Source: an uncultured Candidatus Peribacteria bacterium
Lineage (GTDB): Bacteria > Patescibacteriota > Gracilibacteria > Peribacterales > Peribacteraceae
Length of the DNA stretch: 64,000 nucleotides
Direction of reading: 5' to 3'
Assembly (NCBI GenBank): GCA_964458645.1
Contig: CAYWJU010000001.1
Coordinates: 99,784 to 163,783, forward strand
Within the stretch, counting starts at the first letter, position 1; every line of letters starts with the position of its first letter. The notes beneath the pieces were generated by a model that ran no database searches, had not been told where the DNA came from, and saw only the letters and a list, made by a program, of their open reading frames with translations. The position numbers and the translations under genes were made by a program. Shown here one piece after another: positions 1-8,180 of this stretch.

Positions 1-1347
1 AGGCGGAAACATGGACGTCTTGTAGTGCGCCAGGTGACCGGTCTGGGCGTACAGCTTGCCCTTGGCGATGTGCGGGGTGCGCACGCGCGAGTAACCGCCG
101 GCGGCCTCGGTTTCCTTGGCCAAGCGCTCCAGTTCGTCGACCATAATGGTTCCGCGAGGAGTCCACAGCGGCAAGCCCGGTCCGACCATGTCGGAGAACG
201 TGAACAAATCCAGTTCCTTGCCAAGTTTGCGATGGTCGCGCTTCTTGGCTTCTTCCATCATCTTCAAGTAGTCCTCCAACTCCTGCTTGCTGGGGAATGC
301 CGCCACGTAGATGCGGGTGAGCTGCTCACGCTTCTCGTCACCACGCCAGTACGCACCGGCGAGCGAGGTGATCTTAAAGCCGTCGGCTGGGATGTGATTC
401 AAGTTCTCCACGTGACCGCCACGGCACAAGTCCACGAACATTTCATTGCCCTTGGCATCCACGTTTGCGTAGTGCGTCACCGAAGTGGTGCCGTTCTTTT
501 CCAAGTCCTCGATGAGTTCCACCTTGAATGGCTGCTTGTTCTTCTTCCAGAAGCTCTTGGCATCGGCGGCAGACAATTCGTCACAGCGGAACGTTTGGCC
601 CTGCGCGATGATTTTGCGCATCTCTTTCTCGATCTTCTCGAACTCGGTATCGGAAATGGGCTTCTTGAACAGGAAGTCGTAGTAACAGCCGTAGTCGATT
701 GGCGGACCGATGGTCACCTGAGTATCCGGCCACAGTTTCAGCACGGCCTGGGCCAACACGTGAGCCAACGAATGGCGCAGCTTGTAGAGGTCGTCGACCT
801 TCGGTTCGTCTTTGGCAGCCGTGGGAACAGCTCCTTTGGTTGGAGCAGCGGCACCAGCAGAATCGTATTTGGCGATGGATTCGATGCGCGGCTTGGCCAG
901 TTTTTCGTAATCCTTCACGTTCAGCGCCATGGATTTGTCCAAGCGTGCTGCGTTGAAGTAGATCTCGTCGTGCTTCAGGAGAAGCGGATCCACAATGAGC
1001 TCCAATTCCGGAGTGAACGAGAACGGCAAGACGGTACCGATCACGCTGCCAGCCAGCTTCTCGGCGATCTCGGGCGTGGCGAACGAGGCGTAGGTTCCGC
1101 CAAGCATGGCCTTGATGCCGTTCATATCCAACTTGGCATCCCCAGGAATGACCGCCAACACGTACTTTGTTTCCTTCTTCCCCAGTTTCACCATCATCAC
1201 GATGCATTTGGCGGCTTGTTCCAGCTTGTTGCCGCGCATGCCACTGACGACGTCCGTGCGTCCTTCGGGTGCATGGTCGATGAGCCGGTACTTCGCGCCG
1301 TTTTTGTCGAGAAGAGCGATCAGGTTGTCGTAAGCTTCGTGTTTCAT
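1..1347 (-). CDS. thrS: threonine--tRNA ligase, first 449 codons (the rest lies beyond the left edge), with an extra N-terminal YbaK/ProX-like domain
   Basis: The minus frame is open from the ATG at 1347 to position 1; it is absent from the ORF track because no stop lies in the window. The translation contains the ThrRS editing motif HSLAHVLAQAV..IDYGCYYDF, then GAYWRGDEKREQLTRIY, then the catalytic core start RDHRKLGKELDLF..PGLPLWTPRG. Residues 1-155 read like a YbaK-type deacylase domain. Confidence 0.85.
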   Translation of the reverse strand, partial: MKHEAYDNLIALLDKNGAKYRLIDHAPEGRTDVVSGMRGNKLEQAAKCIVMMVKLGKKETKYVLAVIPGDAKLDMNGIKAMLGGTYASFATPEIAEKLAGSVIGTVLPFSFTPELELIVDPLLLKHDEIYFNAARLDKSMALNVKDYEKLAKPRIESIAKYDSAGAAAPTKGAVPTAAKDEPKVDDLYKLRHSLAHVLAQAVLKLWPDTQVTIGPPIDYGCYYDFLFKKPISDTEFEKIEKEMRKIIAQGQTFRCDELSAADAKSFWKKNKQPFKVELIEDLEKNGTTSVTHYANVDAKGNEMFVDLCRGGHVENLNHIPADGFKITSLAGAYWRGDEKREQLTRIYVAAFPSKQELEDYLKMMEEAKKRDHRKLGKELDLFTFSDMVGPGLPLWTPRGTIMVDELERLAKETEAAGGYSRVRTPHIAKGKLYAQTGHLAHYKTSMFPP

Positions 1348-1436
1348 GGGAATGGGAGAATGAATGGAGAGTAGCAGAGGGAGAGAGCTACGGCGAAGTG
1401 CCCCCAGCTCCGTGCGGAGAGAGGGTTCGTAGCGTT

Positions 1437-1501
1437 TCGTCGTTCACGCTAGCACCCGCCCTCCGAGGAGGTCGTGGTGGTCGTAGTCGTGGTGACGACG
1501 A
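1437..1501. repeat. imperfect palindrome in the thrS upstream region
   Basis: Arm TCGTCGTTCAC (1437-1447) pairs with GTGACGACGA (1492-1501) with one bulge. The spacer is triplet-periodic (GGT CGT GGT GGT CGT AGT CGT GGT GAC GAC). Confidence 0.5.
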
Positions 1502-1551
1502 TGAGCTTCACGAGCACAGTATACGCTTTTTAGGCTGCTACGACAACGAGC

Positions 1552-1660
1552 AGGAGTCCGGAGACGCCGGGGACGCCGGAGATGGGTCGCACTGGCATGC
1601 GGAAAAATCCGAGTTGGCAAACTCCGGTTTCCCTGGACTCCCCGGCGTCTCCGGCGTCCT
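1552..1660. repeat. long imperfect palindrome (about 30-nt GC-rich arms, about 50-nt spacer)
   Basis: Left arm AGGAGTCCGGAGACGCCGGGGACGCCGGAGA; the reverse complement of the right arm is AGGACGCCGGAGACGCCGGGGAGTCCAGGG. About 22 of the first 24 positions match. Confidence 0.6.
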
Positions 1661-1782
1661 TATTTCGCAAGTCCCACCCCCCTCTCGATCGCCCGCACTT
1701 CGATACAAACGATGTTACGCCCTTTACTCAGCGCCGCTACGGATATGTACAATTCAGTGTTTTATGTTATTTTATTAAAGAA

Positions 1783-2127
1783 ATGGCAGAAGCACCGCGC
1801 AGTATTCATTTCAGCTCCGGCGAATCGCAACGTATGCGGCACGCCGCAAATACATTTGCCGAATCTCACGCGGCGGAAGCTATCGTACACCGCATGAAGC
1901 AGGCGGTGGTGAATCTCTGCAGAGACACCCAAACACCAAAGGAAGCAGCCGTCGCACATGTCATACAGCATGTTGCTGACTTCGTCGGAAACCAGCCTCC
2001 GCCCCCGGAAAGCAACCCATCGCCACCCCCGGATGACTGGGTGGAACCCACGTCGGAGGAGCTTCAGGAACTCGAACGGCTCCTGGGGAATGAAGCCGCC
2101 GGATCGAATCGTCATCCGAACAACTAG
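1783..2127 (+). CDS. hypothetical protein (114 aa), convergent with dnaA
   Basis: Internal ATG of track ORF 1582..2127, directly after an AT-rich stretch (tttatgttattttattaaagaa). Protein-like composition with a Pro-rich and acidic C-terminus. No family recognised. Confidence 0.4.
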   Translation: MAEAPRSIHFSSGESQRMRHAANTFAESHAAEAIVHRMKQAVVNLCRDTQTPKEAAVAHVIQHVADFVGNQPPPPESNPSPPPDDWVEPTSEELQELERLLGNEAAGSNRHPNN

Positions 2128-2153
2128 CAGGATTCACAATTGCCGAGCGTCCG

Positions 2154-3587
2154 TTATTTCGCCAGTCCCACTTCCCGCTCGATGGCGCGCACTTCGCGCA
2201 GCAACTGTGGATCTTCCACAATGCGCTTCTCGATTTTATCCACCGCGTGCATGACGGTGGTGTGGTCGCGGTGACTGAATGATTCGCCCAAACGCACATA
2301 GCTCATGCGCAGGTAGCGCTTGGCCAGGAACATGACGATTTGGCGCGGGATGAGGATTTCGCGCACGCGTGATTGTCCGATCATGTCCGGCACCGACACT
2401 GAATAAAATTTGCTGACGCCTTCGAGTACATCCTGGAACGACACGGCGCGTGCAGCCTGGTGCAGGAAACCTACATCGTCTTCTTTGGGCGATGTCGGAT
2501 CGTTAATGAGTTTGCGCATGATCTCCGAGATGCTGCCGACGGTCGGCATGCGGTGCTCCAGCTCGTACTGCGCCACGGCCTGCATGAGGATGCCCTCCAG
2601 TTGACGCACGTTTTTATCGGCATGTTCTGCGATGTACTCCATGACCTTGGCGTCGATGAACAGCTCGTACTCCTTCACTTTCTCGGACAAAATCGCCAAA
2701 CGCGTCTCGTAGTCCGGCGTACCCACGTCGGCAATCATGCCGCGCTCGAAGCGCGACACCAGGCGATCTTGCAGGATGTTGAGCTCCTTGGGCGGGCGGT
2801 CGGAACTGATGATGACCTGCTTGTGCTCTTCGATGAGCGTGTTGAACGTGTGAAACAACTCTTCCTGCGTGCGCTCCTTGTTGGCCAAGAACTGCACGTC
2901 GTCGATGATAAAGACGTCCACCTCGCGGTAGCGGCGGCGGAATTGCTCCATTTTCTGATGCTGAATTGCTTCAATGACCTGGTTCGTGAAGTCCTCGGTG
3001 GTGGTGTAGATGATGGTCGCCTGCGACATGGTCTTCAAAATCGCGTTGCCGACCGCCTGCAACAGATGGGTTTTACCCAGACCGACACCGCCGTACAAAA
3101 AGAGCGGATTGTACTTGCCGCCCGGCTGCATGGCGACCGACATACACGCCGCGTGTGCGAGGCGGTTATTCGGGCCCACCACGAAATTCTCCAGCGTGTA
3201 GCGCGGGTTTAAGAGCTTGCTCGTCAGACCTTCGGCCAATTTGATCTCGGCACGATTGGGCAACTTGCGGCTCTTCTTTTTCTCCGGAAAATTTTCGAGC
3301 AATCGCAGCGTTCTCTGCGGATCATCCTTCAGGCCTACATCGACCTGATACACGATCTGCTCGATGCTATCGTCCATTTCTTTGAGCGCATTCAACGTAA
3401 TGCCGCGATAGTGCTCCAAGTGCCAGTTCAGGAACATCGGCAGGGGCAAGCCGACTACAACCGTATTTTTCTCGCGACCCAAAATCGTGGTGTCCTTAAA
3501 CCAGGTAATAAACTGGCTGCGCTGCAGCTGTGGTTCGATTTTCTGAAGGACGGAGAGCCAAAGGGTGAGATCGACGGTTGAGGTCAT
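2154..3587 (-). CDS. dnaA: chromosomal replication initiator protein DnaA
   Basis: 477 aa. Walker A GGVGLGKTHLL, IIDDVQFL, sensor and box VII region VRQLEGIL, and a C-terminal DNA-binding domain (SRVREILIPRQIVMFLAK..HRDHTTVMHA). Confidence 0.97.
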   Translation of the reverse strand: MTSTVDLTLWLSVLQKIEPQLQRSQFITWFKDTTILGREKNTVVVGLPLPMFLNWHLEHYRGITLNALKEMDDSIEQIVYQVDVGLKDDPQRTLRLLENFPEKKKSRKLPNRAEIKLAEGLTSKLLNPRYTLENFVVGPNNRLAHAACMSVAMQPGGKYNPLFLYGGVGLGKTHLLQAVGNAILKTMSQATIIYTTTEDFTNQVIEAIQHQKMEQFRRRYREVDVFIIDDVQFLANKERTQEELFHTFNTLIEEHKQVIISSDRPPKELNILQDRLVSRFERGMIADVGTPDYETRLAILSEKVKEYELFIDAKVMEYIAEHADKNVRQLEGILMQAVAQYELEHRMPTVGSISEIMRKLINDPTSPKEDDVGFLHQAARAVSFQDVLEGVSKFYSVSVPDMIGQSRVREILIPRQIVMFLAKRYLRMSYVRLGESFSHRDHTTVMHAVDKIEKRIVEDPQLLREVRAIEREVGLAK

Positions 3588-3620
3588 AAGGGAACGACGA
3601 AACGAGGGTCCAAGGGAAGG

Positions 3621-4733
3621 CTAGAACAGGTGGATGACGTCATTGAACGTGATGATCAGGATGAGTCCGATCAACACGAAGAATCCGATGGCGTTCACCA
3701 TGAGCTCGAACTGCTGGTTCAACGGACGACGCAGAACCATCTCGGCCAACACGAACAAAATGCGTCCACCGTCGAGTGCCGGCAGTGGCAACACGTTCAA
3801 GATCGCCAGGCTCAAGCTGAGCAGCGCAACCAAGCGGAGGTAGGTCATGAATCCTTCTTGTACCGAGCTGTGTGTAAGCACTGCAATGCCAATGATGCCC
3901 GTGATTCCTTCCGGAACATGCCCGCGCGTCACCAGGCTGCGAACCAAGTTCCCCATGCCGAGCACCGTCTGCACGGTCATGAATTCGGTTTCTTTGAATG
4001 CAAGCATCACCGCTTTGCCTACCGAGCGGTTCGGTGCGGACAACTCGGCGGCATATGCCGAGATCGCCACGCCGGACTTACCGTCTGCCAACTTCACGAC
4101 GACTGTTTCGATCGGCGCATGACGCGATGCCTTCACCTCGTACGTCACCTGTGCTTTGCCCTTCTGCAATTCGATGAGCTGCTCGGGCTTCTCCACCACC
4201 ATTCCGTCGACCGAGACGATTGCGGAGTCCTTCGTAATGCCTGCGGCTGCCGCAGTGCCGTCTGGCGCCACATCATTCACGTACACGCCGGTCTTCAGGA
4301 AGATTTCACCCTCGGAAGCAGCCTGCTCCATTTGCTCGATCGTTTGGTAGAAGTTCGGCACCCACTTCCCTACCGAGAAACCAAACGTGAGCAATATGAA
4401 CGCCAAAACGAAGTTCATGGCCACGCCGGCAAACAGAATCACCAAGCGCGAGAAGATGCTGGCCTTGGCGAAACTGCCCTGGGCGTAGCGCTTCTCCAGA
4501 TCGATTTCATTCTCGCCCTTCAAACGAACGAATCCACCGAACGGCACCCAGTTCAACGTGAATTTCGTCTTGCCGCTGGTAAACAGCGTCGTGGCCTTCG
4601 GCGGTAATCCGAAACCGAATTCCTCTACCTCGACCTTAAAGAAAACAGCGGAGAGATAGTGTCCGAGTTCGTGGATGATAATGAGCAGCGTCAGCAAGAC
4701 GACGAACGCAATGGCGGAGATCAAGATGGTCAT
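3621..4733 (-). CDS. rseP: RIP metalloprotease RseP (site-2 protease, M50 family) with a PDZ-like insert
   Basis: HELGHYLSAVFF in the first TM helix, a central PDZ-like region, and C-terminal NVLPLPALDGGR. The start is set at the internal ATG (MTILISAIAF...); the track ORF extends to 4817. Confidence 0.85.
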   Translation of the reverse strand: MTILISAIAFVVLLTLLIIIHELGHYLSAVFFKVEVEEFGFGLPPKATTLFTSGKTKFTLNWVPFGGFVRLKGENEIDLEKRYAQGSFAKASIFSRLVILFAGVAMNFVLAFILLTFGFSVGKWVPNFYQTIEQMEQAASEGEIFLKTGVYVNDVAPDGTAAAAGITKDSAIVSVDGMVVEKPEQLIELQKGKAQVTYEVKASRHAPIETVVVKLADGKSGVAISAYAAELSAPNRSVGKAVMLAFKETEFMTVQTVLGMGNLVRSLVTRGHVPEGITGIIGIAVLTHSSVQEGFMTYLRLVALLSLSLAILNVLPLPALDGGRILFVLAEMVLRRPLNQQFELMVNAIGFFVLIGLILIITFNDVIHLF

Positions 4734-4882
4734 GCTGAGCAGCGGAAGGAAAGCCTCGATTTTTACCGAGGCGGCGAACGTAACACGGGGTGTGGATATC
4801 TTCAAAGTTTTCCACACACTTCGACTTGCAGGGCTAACAGAACATGATCATGCAGTTCTTCGACGGCTTCGTTTCACTTTTT

Positions 4883-5434
4883 TTACACACTGTAATAGGT
4901 GATGTCGCGCAGCTTGTCGGCATAGCGACGCACTGCAGCAGCAAGCGTGACGATTTCCAGTTCTTCGCGGCCAGGTTTCTGCAGAACGATTGCACGTTCG
5001 CAGGCAGGCAACTCAGCCGGCAGGCCGGAATCCATACCAAGCAGCACTGCACTATGAAGAACCGGCGCATGAGTATCTTGCGGGTTCTGAAATTGAATAC
5101 CGCACGGCAGACCGAATCGCTGCGCGGCAAGCTCGGGACCCATAACCTGGCCGCGTGGTACTGCGATACGCATTCGCCGAAAGCTCCCCGATTCGCCAAA
5201 GATATGTTCAGCGAGATCATGACAGCAATAGGCAAGCGAACTGATGACATGCGAATGCGCCTGCTCGAGGAGGCGTACGATGCGTTCCCCGACCGGCCCT
5301 GCAATGGAGAGAATCTGGCGCTCGCCTTTTCCAAGCCAAATAGATGAACCGCTCTGCCCTTCTTGCAGACGCTGAATCCAGTACGCATCTGACGGACGCG
5401 TATGCGCCGAGGAGCTTCGCAGCATTTGGACCAT
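4883..5434 (-). CDS. hypothetical protein with a weak resemblance to the CinA/PncC amidase domain
   Basis: This is the only protein-like frame among three overlapping ORFs. VGERIVRLLEQAHSHVISSLAYCCHDLAEHIFGESGSF aligns loosely by eye with the PncC stretch VG..L......VTTAESCTGG.....IT...GSS..F. Confidence 0.35.
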   Translation of the reverse strand: MVQMLRSSSAHTRPSDAYWIQRLQEGQSGSSIWLGKGERQILSIAGPVGERIVRLLEQAHSHVISSLAYCCHDLAEHIFGESGSFRRMRIAVPRGQVMGPELAAQRFGLPCGIQFQNPQDTHAPVLHSAVLLGMDSGLPAELPACERAIVLQKPGREELEIVTLAAAVRRYADKLRDITYYSV

Positions 5435-5534
5435 GGTGGATCAGTATCGCAGATCCTGCACCAAGATCAACACTGCACTGCAGCGTATTGGCAATTGACC
5501 GCATTACAGATTGTCCGTACTCTTTTCGGGCTCC

Positions 5535-5611
5535 GGACGATTAGCTCAGCTGGTTAGAGCGTCACATTGACATTGTGAAGGTCACTGGTTCGAATCCAGT
5601 ATCGTCCACCA
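5535..5611 (+). tRNA. tRNA-Val (anticodon GAC), CCA encoded
   Basis: Cloverleaf read by eye: acceptor GGACGAT/ATCGTCC, D arm GCTC-AGCTGGTTA-GAGC, anticodon arm TCACA-TTGACAT-TGTGA, T arm ACTGG-TTCGAAT-CCAGT. Confidence 0.93.
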
Positions 5612-5779
5612 CTTCGAAAGACCGGGGCTTTTTTAGCGTCACAGTGATTCCGTATGGCGAATCACTCCTGTCCGCCAGAAGCGGCCTGAGGAAGAATGCG
5701 GACGATTCCCAACTGCCAAAATCATCGCAATTACCTTACAAAGCAAAAAACGATAGAATGACATGCATACATACTTTTC

Positions 5780-7003
5780 ATGAATCTTCAGTCGAATCAA
5801 AGCAGGAAACAAAAGAAGGCCATCGACTACGATGGAAAGCTTCTCGCAAAAAGCAGAATGTTCTGGCTCAAAATTGTTGTTGCCGGAGGCCTTATTGCCG
5901 GGCTATTGCTTTCAAGAAAACTTTGGACTGATGGAAGATTTTTTCCACGCGCTCCAGTATTCGATGCTTTGCCAATACTTCCTCCGTCTATTGAAACAAT
6001 TGTATTTGTGCTGCTCATTGCTCTTTTGGCAGCGATACTTGTTTTTCCCAAGCCGCAGAAACTTCTTTTCTCAGCCGTAGTTCTTGCAGCAATTTTTTCA
6101 TGCTTTGACCAAATGCGTTGGCAACCATGGTTTTATCAATACTTCTTCATGCTCGCCACACTCAGTGCATTTTCCTGGAAGTATTCCAATACGGAAAAGC
6201 GACAAGCAATACTCAATACAAGCAGATTGATTGTGGCGAGCATGTATTTTTTCGGTGGATTGCAGAAAGTGAATCCATATTTTATGGGCGGAGTATTTCC
6301 GTGGATGGTTGAACCTATCGCAACAATATTTCCTGCTCCACTACGAATTTTTCCTCTTTCTCTCGGCGCAATAGTTCCATTTCTTGAAATGGGAATTGGG
6401 CTTGGATTATTGACGAAGCACTATAGAAAACACGCAATTGTGCTCGCACTCTTCATGCTTGGCTTTGTCCTTTTCACCCTTGGTCCGTTGGGACATAACT
6501 GGAATAGCATCGTCTGGCCGTGGAATATTGCAATGGCACTCTTTGTGATTATTCTTTTTTGGGGAGCAGAAAATGTTTCTTTCCGAGATGTTCTATGGGT
6601 GAAAAATTTTCCATTTCAAAAAATTATACTTGTTCTTTTTGTTGTGATGCCCGCCCTGAGTTTCTGCAATCTTTGGGATTCTTACCTTTCCTCCGCACTG
6701 TATTCTGGAAATACGAACAGCGCACAACTGTATATAAGCGATTCTGTAAGACAGAAATTGCCAACGGAAATACAACAATACGTTCTACAAACCGAAGCAA
6801 ACAGAAGCGTGTTGGATTTCACGAGTTGGTCTTTTGATGAACTCAATGTTCCGCCATATCCAGAGACGAGAGTGTATAAAGATATTGCGAGAAGTATTTG
6901 CAGGCATGCCAATAATGCAAAGGATGTAACGCTTGTCGTGAATGGCAAGCCGACCGTCTTCAACAGGGAGCCTGCATCAACAGACGACTGCTCCAGTTTA
7001 TAA
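5780..7003 (+). CDS. multi-pass integral membrane protein (407 aa) on a low-GC islet
   Basis: At least 8 hydrophobic segments and a soluble C-terminal region of about 110 aa. Sampled GC is 38-42 % against about 57 % in the flanks. Family not recognised. Confidence 0.7.
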   Translation: MNLQSNQSRKQKKAIDYDGKLLAKSRMFWLKIVVAGGLIAGLLLSRKLWTDGRFFPRAPVFDALPILPPSIETIVFVLLIALLAAILVFPKPQKLLFSAVVLAAIFSCFDQMRWQPWFYQYFFMLATLSAFSWKYSNTEKRQAILNTSRLIVASMYFFGGLQKVNPYFMGGVFPWMVEPIATIFPAPLRIFPLSLGAIVPFLEMGIGLGLLTKHYRKHAIVLALFMLGFVLFTLGPLGHNWNSIVWPWNIAMALFVIILFWGAENVSFRDVLWVKNFPFQKIILVLFVVMPALSFCNLWDSYLSSALYSGNTNSAQLYISDSVRQKLPTEIQQYVLQTEANRSVLDFTSWSFDELNVPPYPETRVYKDIARSICRHANNAKDVTLVVNGKPTVFNREPASTDDCSSL

Positions 7004-7010
7004 TTGCTAC

Positions 7011-7035
7011 AATCCAGTAGTACTCACCACACTTC
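7011..7035 (+). repeat. degenerate direct repeat of the tRNA-Val 3' end (candidate distal att remnant)
   Basis: AATCCAGTAGTACTCACCACACTTC compared with tRNA positions 5593-5615 AATCCAGTATCGTCCACCACTTC. The blocks AATCCAGTA, CACCAC and TTC are shared. It lies 8 nt after the stop of the low-GC gene. Confidence 0.45.
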
Positions 7036-7121
7036 ACTCACTCTGGAGAGGTGCGCGCAGTCTACGCGAAGTGGGATATTCCCTCGCCTCTGCTATGGCA
7101 GCTGCAAAGCAGAATATGCGC

Positions 7122-8030
7122 TTACCGCTTTTTCGGCATGCTACGCCATCCGCGCAACAGACCTTCTTCGTGCGGAATGATTTCCGTTTCCAGGCGACGA
7201 GCAATCGGGTCATTTGCACCATTGGTTGCCCGAAGACGCTGTACGAGTATTCGCAAGCGTGCGATGGACCCCGTAAACACATCAATCTCTTCTTTCGAGA
7301 CGTCCCGCAGCACGTTGCCACCCTTGCGTTCGCGCACATGACCCAGCTCATGGTCCATGGCAACCGCCAGTTTCAACGGATCCCCCACTAACTTCTCGTC
7401 GACAATCATCATGTGCTTCATGTCCGCTGCGCCGCGCTGCTTGGTGCTGATGGTAATGGCATCGCCGGCCCACGTACGGAAATCCACGCCGTTACCTGCA
7501 GCACCCGCGGCGCCTATGCGCTCCACTGCGGCCTGCGCCGTCGTCGAAACATTGGGTGTCAGGATAATGTCGATATCGGAGGTGCGGAATGTTTCGGCCA
7601 CTTCCTTATTCTGCAATGCAAGCTTCAGCGCCTCGCCAATCTTGTCGTGCAACGCATCGACGTCTTTTTGGTCCTTGGGCAGATTGATGAACACGAATTG
7701 CTTCATCATACCGGGAGCGTCGAAGTCGATATTTTCCAGAGGCTTTGCCGCACCACCTTCCACCAACCCGGGCTGAGCACCTTGTTCAGGCTTGCCCGAA
7801 AGGACGCTGACGATCTTGGCAGCGGTACCGGCAATAAGCACGCCGACAATCACCAACTCTGTCCCTAGGCGCAAAACAATAGTCTTACGCACGGCATCGC
7901 GCTGCTCTACGACTCCCCGCTTCGGCTGCTTCTGCGCCGACTCCCGTTCGGCAATCTTCGCGTTCAACTCAGACAAAGTTTCGCGCTCATCTGCGGCGGT
8001 TAGCCAACGGAATGTGCTGCGCAAAGACAT
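7122..8030 (-). CDS. membrane-anchored hypothetical protein with an HExxH motif (putative zinc metallopeptidase)
   Basis: 302 aa. One TM helix (IVLRLGTELVIVGVLIAGTAAKIV). HELGH is encoded at 7338-7352. Confidence 0.6.
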   Translation of the reverse strand: MSLRSTFRWLTAADERETLSELNAKIAERESAQKQPKRGVVEQRDAVRKTIVLRLGTELVIVGVLIAGTAAKIVSVLSGKPEQGAQPGLVEGGAAKPLENIDFDAPGMMKQFVFINLPKDQKDVDALHDKIGEALKLALQNKEVAETFRTSDIDIILTPNVSTTAQAAVERIGAAGAAGNGVDFRTWAGDAITISTKQRGAADMKHMMIVDEKLVGDPLKLAVAMDHELGHVRERKGGNVLRDVSKEEIDVFTGSIARLRILVQRLRATNGANDPIARRLETEIIPHEEGLLRGWRSMPKKR

Positions 8031-8145
8031 AGTTGTAAGAGAAAAAGAATGAACGGTATTTTAATACTTTTAATGAAATTGTCAATGGTAGGGCAAATGC
8101 ACTCCATTGGCCATCTCACCATTACGTCGTGTGCCAAAGCCGTAT

Positions 8146-8174
8146 TTGACAAAATAAAAGTATAAATCATTATA
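8146..8174 (+). promoter_or_regulatory. sigma70-like promoter candidate that would give a leaderless transcript for the HD-domain gene
   Basis: TTGACA (8146-8151), a 17-nt spacer, ATTATA (8169-8174), then the ATG at 8181. The region sits in a 150-bp AT-rich divergent intergenic stretch. Confidence 0.35.
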
Positions 8175-8180
8175 TATTTT

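Noticed and set aside
25-1374. A 449-aa plus-strand ORF covering the left end of the window.
   Set aside because: It is the antisense shadow of thrS. Its translation is low-complexity (rich in L, R, G, V and H) with no motif, while the minus frame gives clear ThrRS motifs.
2236-2244. Near-consensus DnaA boxes (TTATCCACC here; TGTGGATAT at 4791-4799) as markers of oriC.
   Set aside because: They are single isolated hits inside coding sequence. There is no cluster and no adjacent AT-rich unwinding element, so I do not call an origin.
5612-5640. A T-run after tRNA-Val (GACCGGGGCTTTTTT) as a rho-independent terminator.
   Set aside because: I could not find a convincing stem preceding the T-run.
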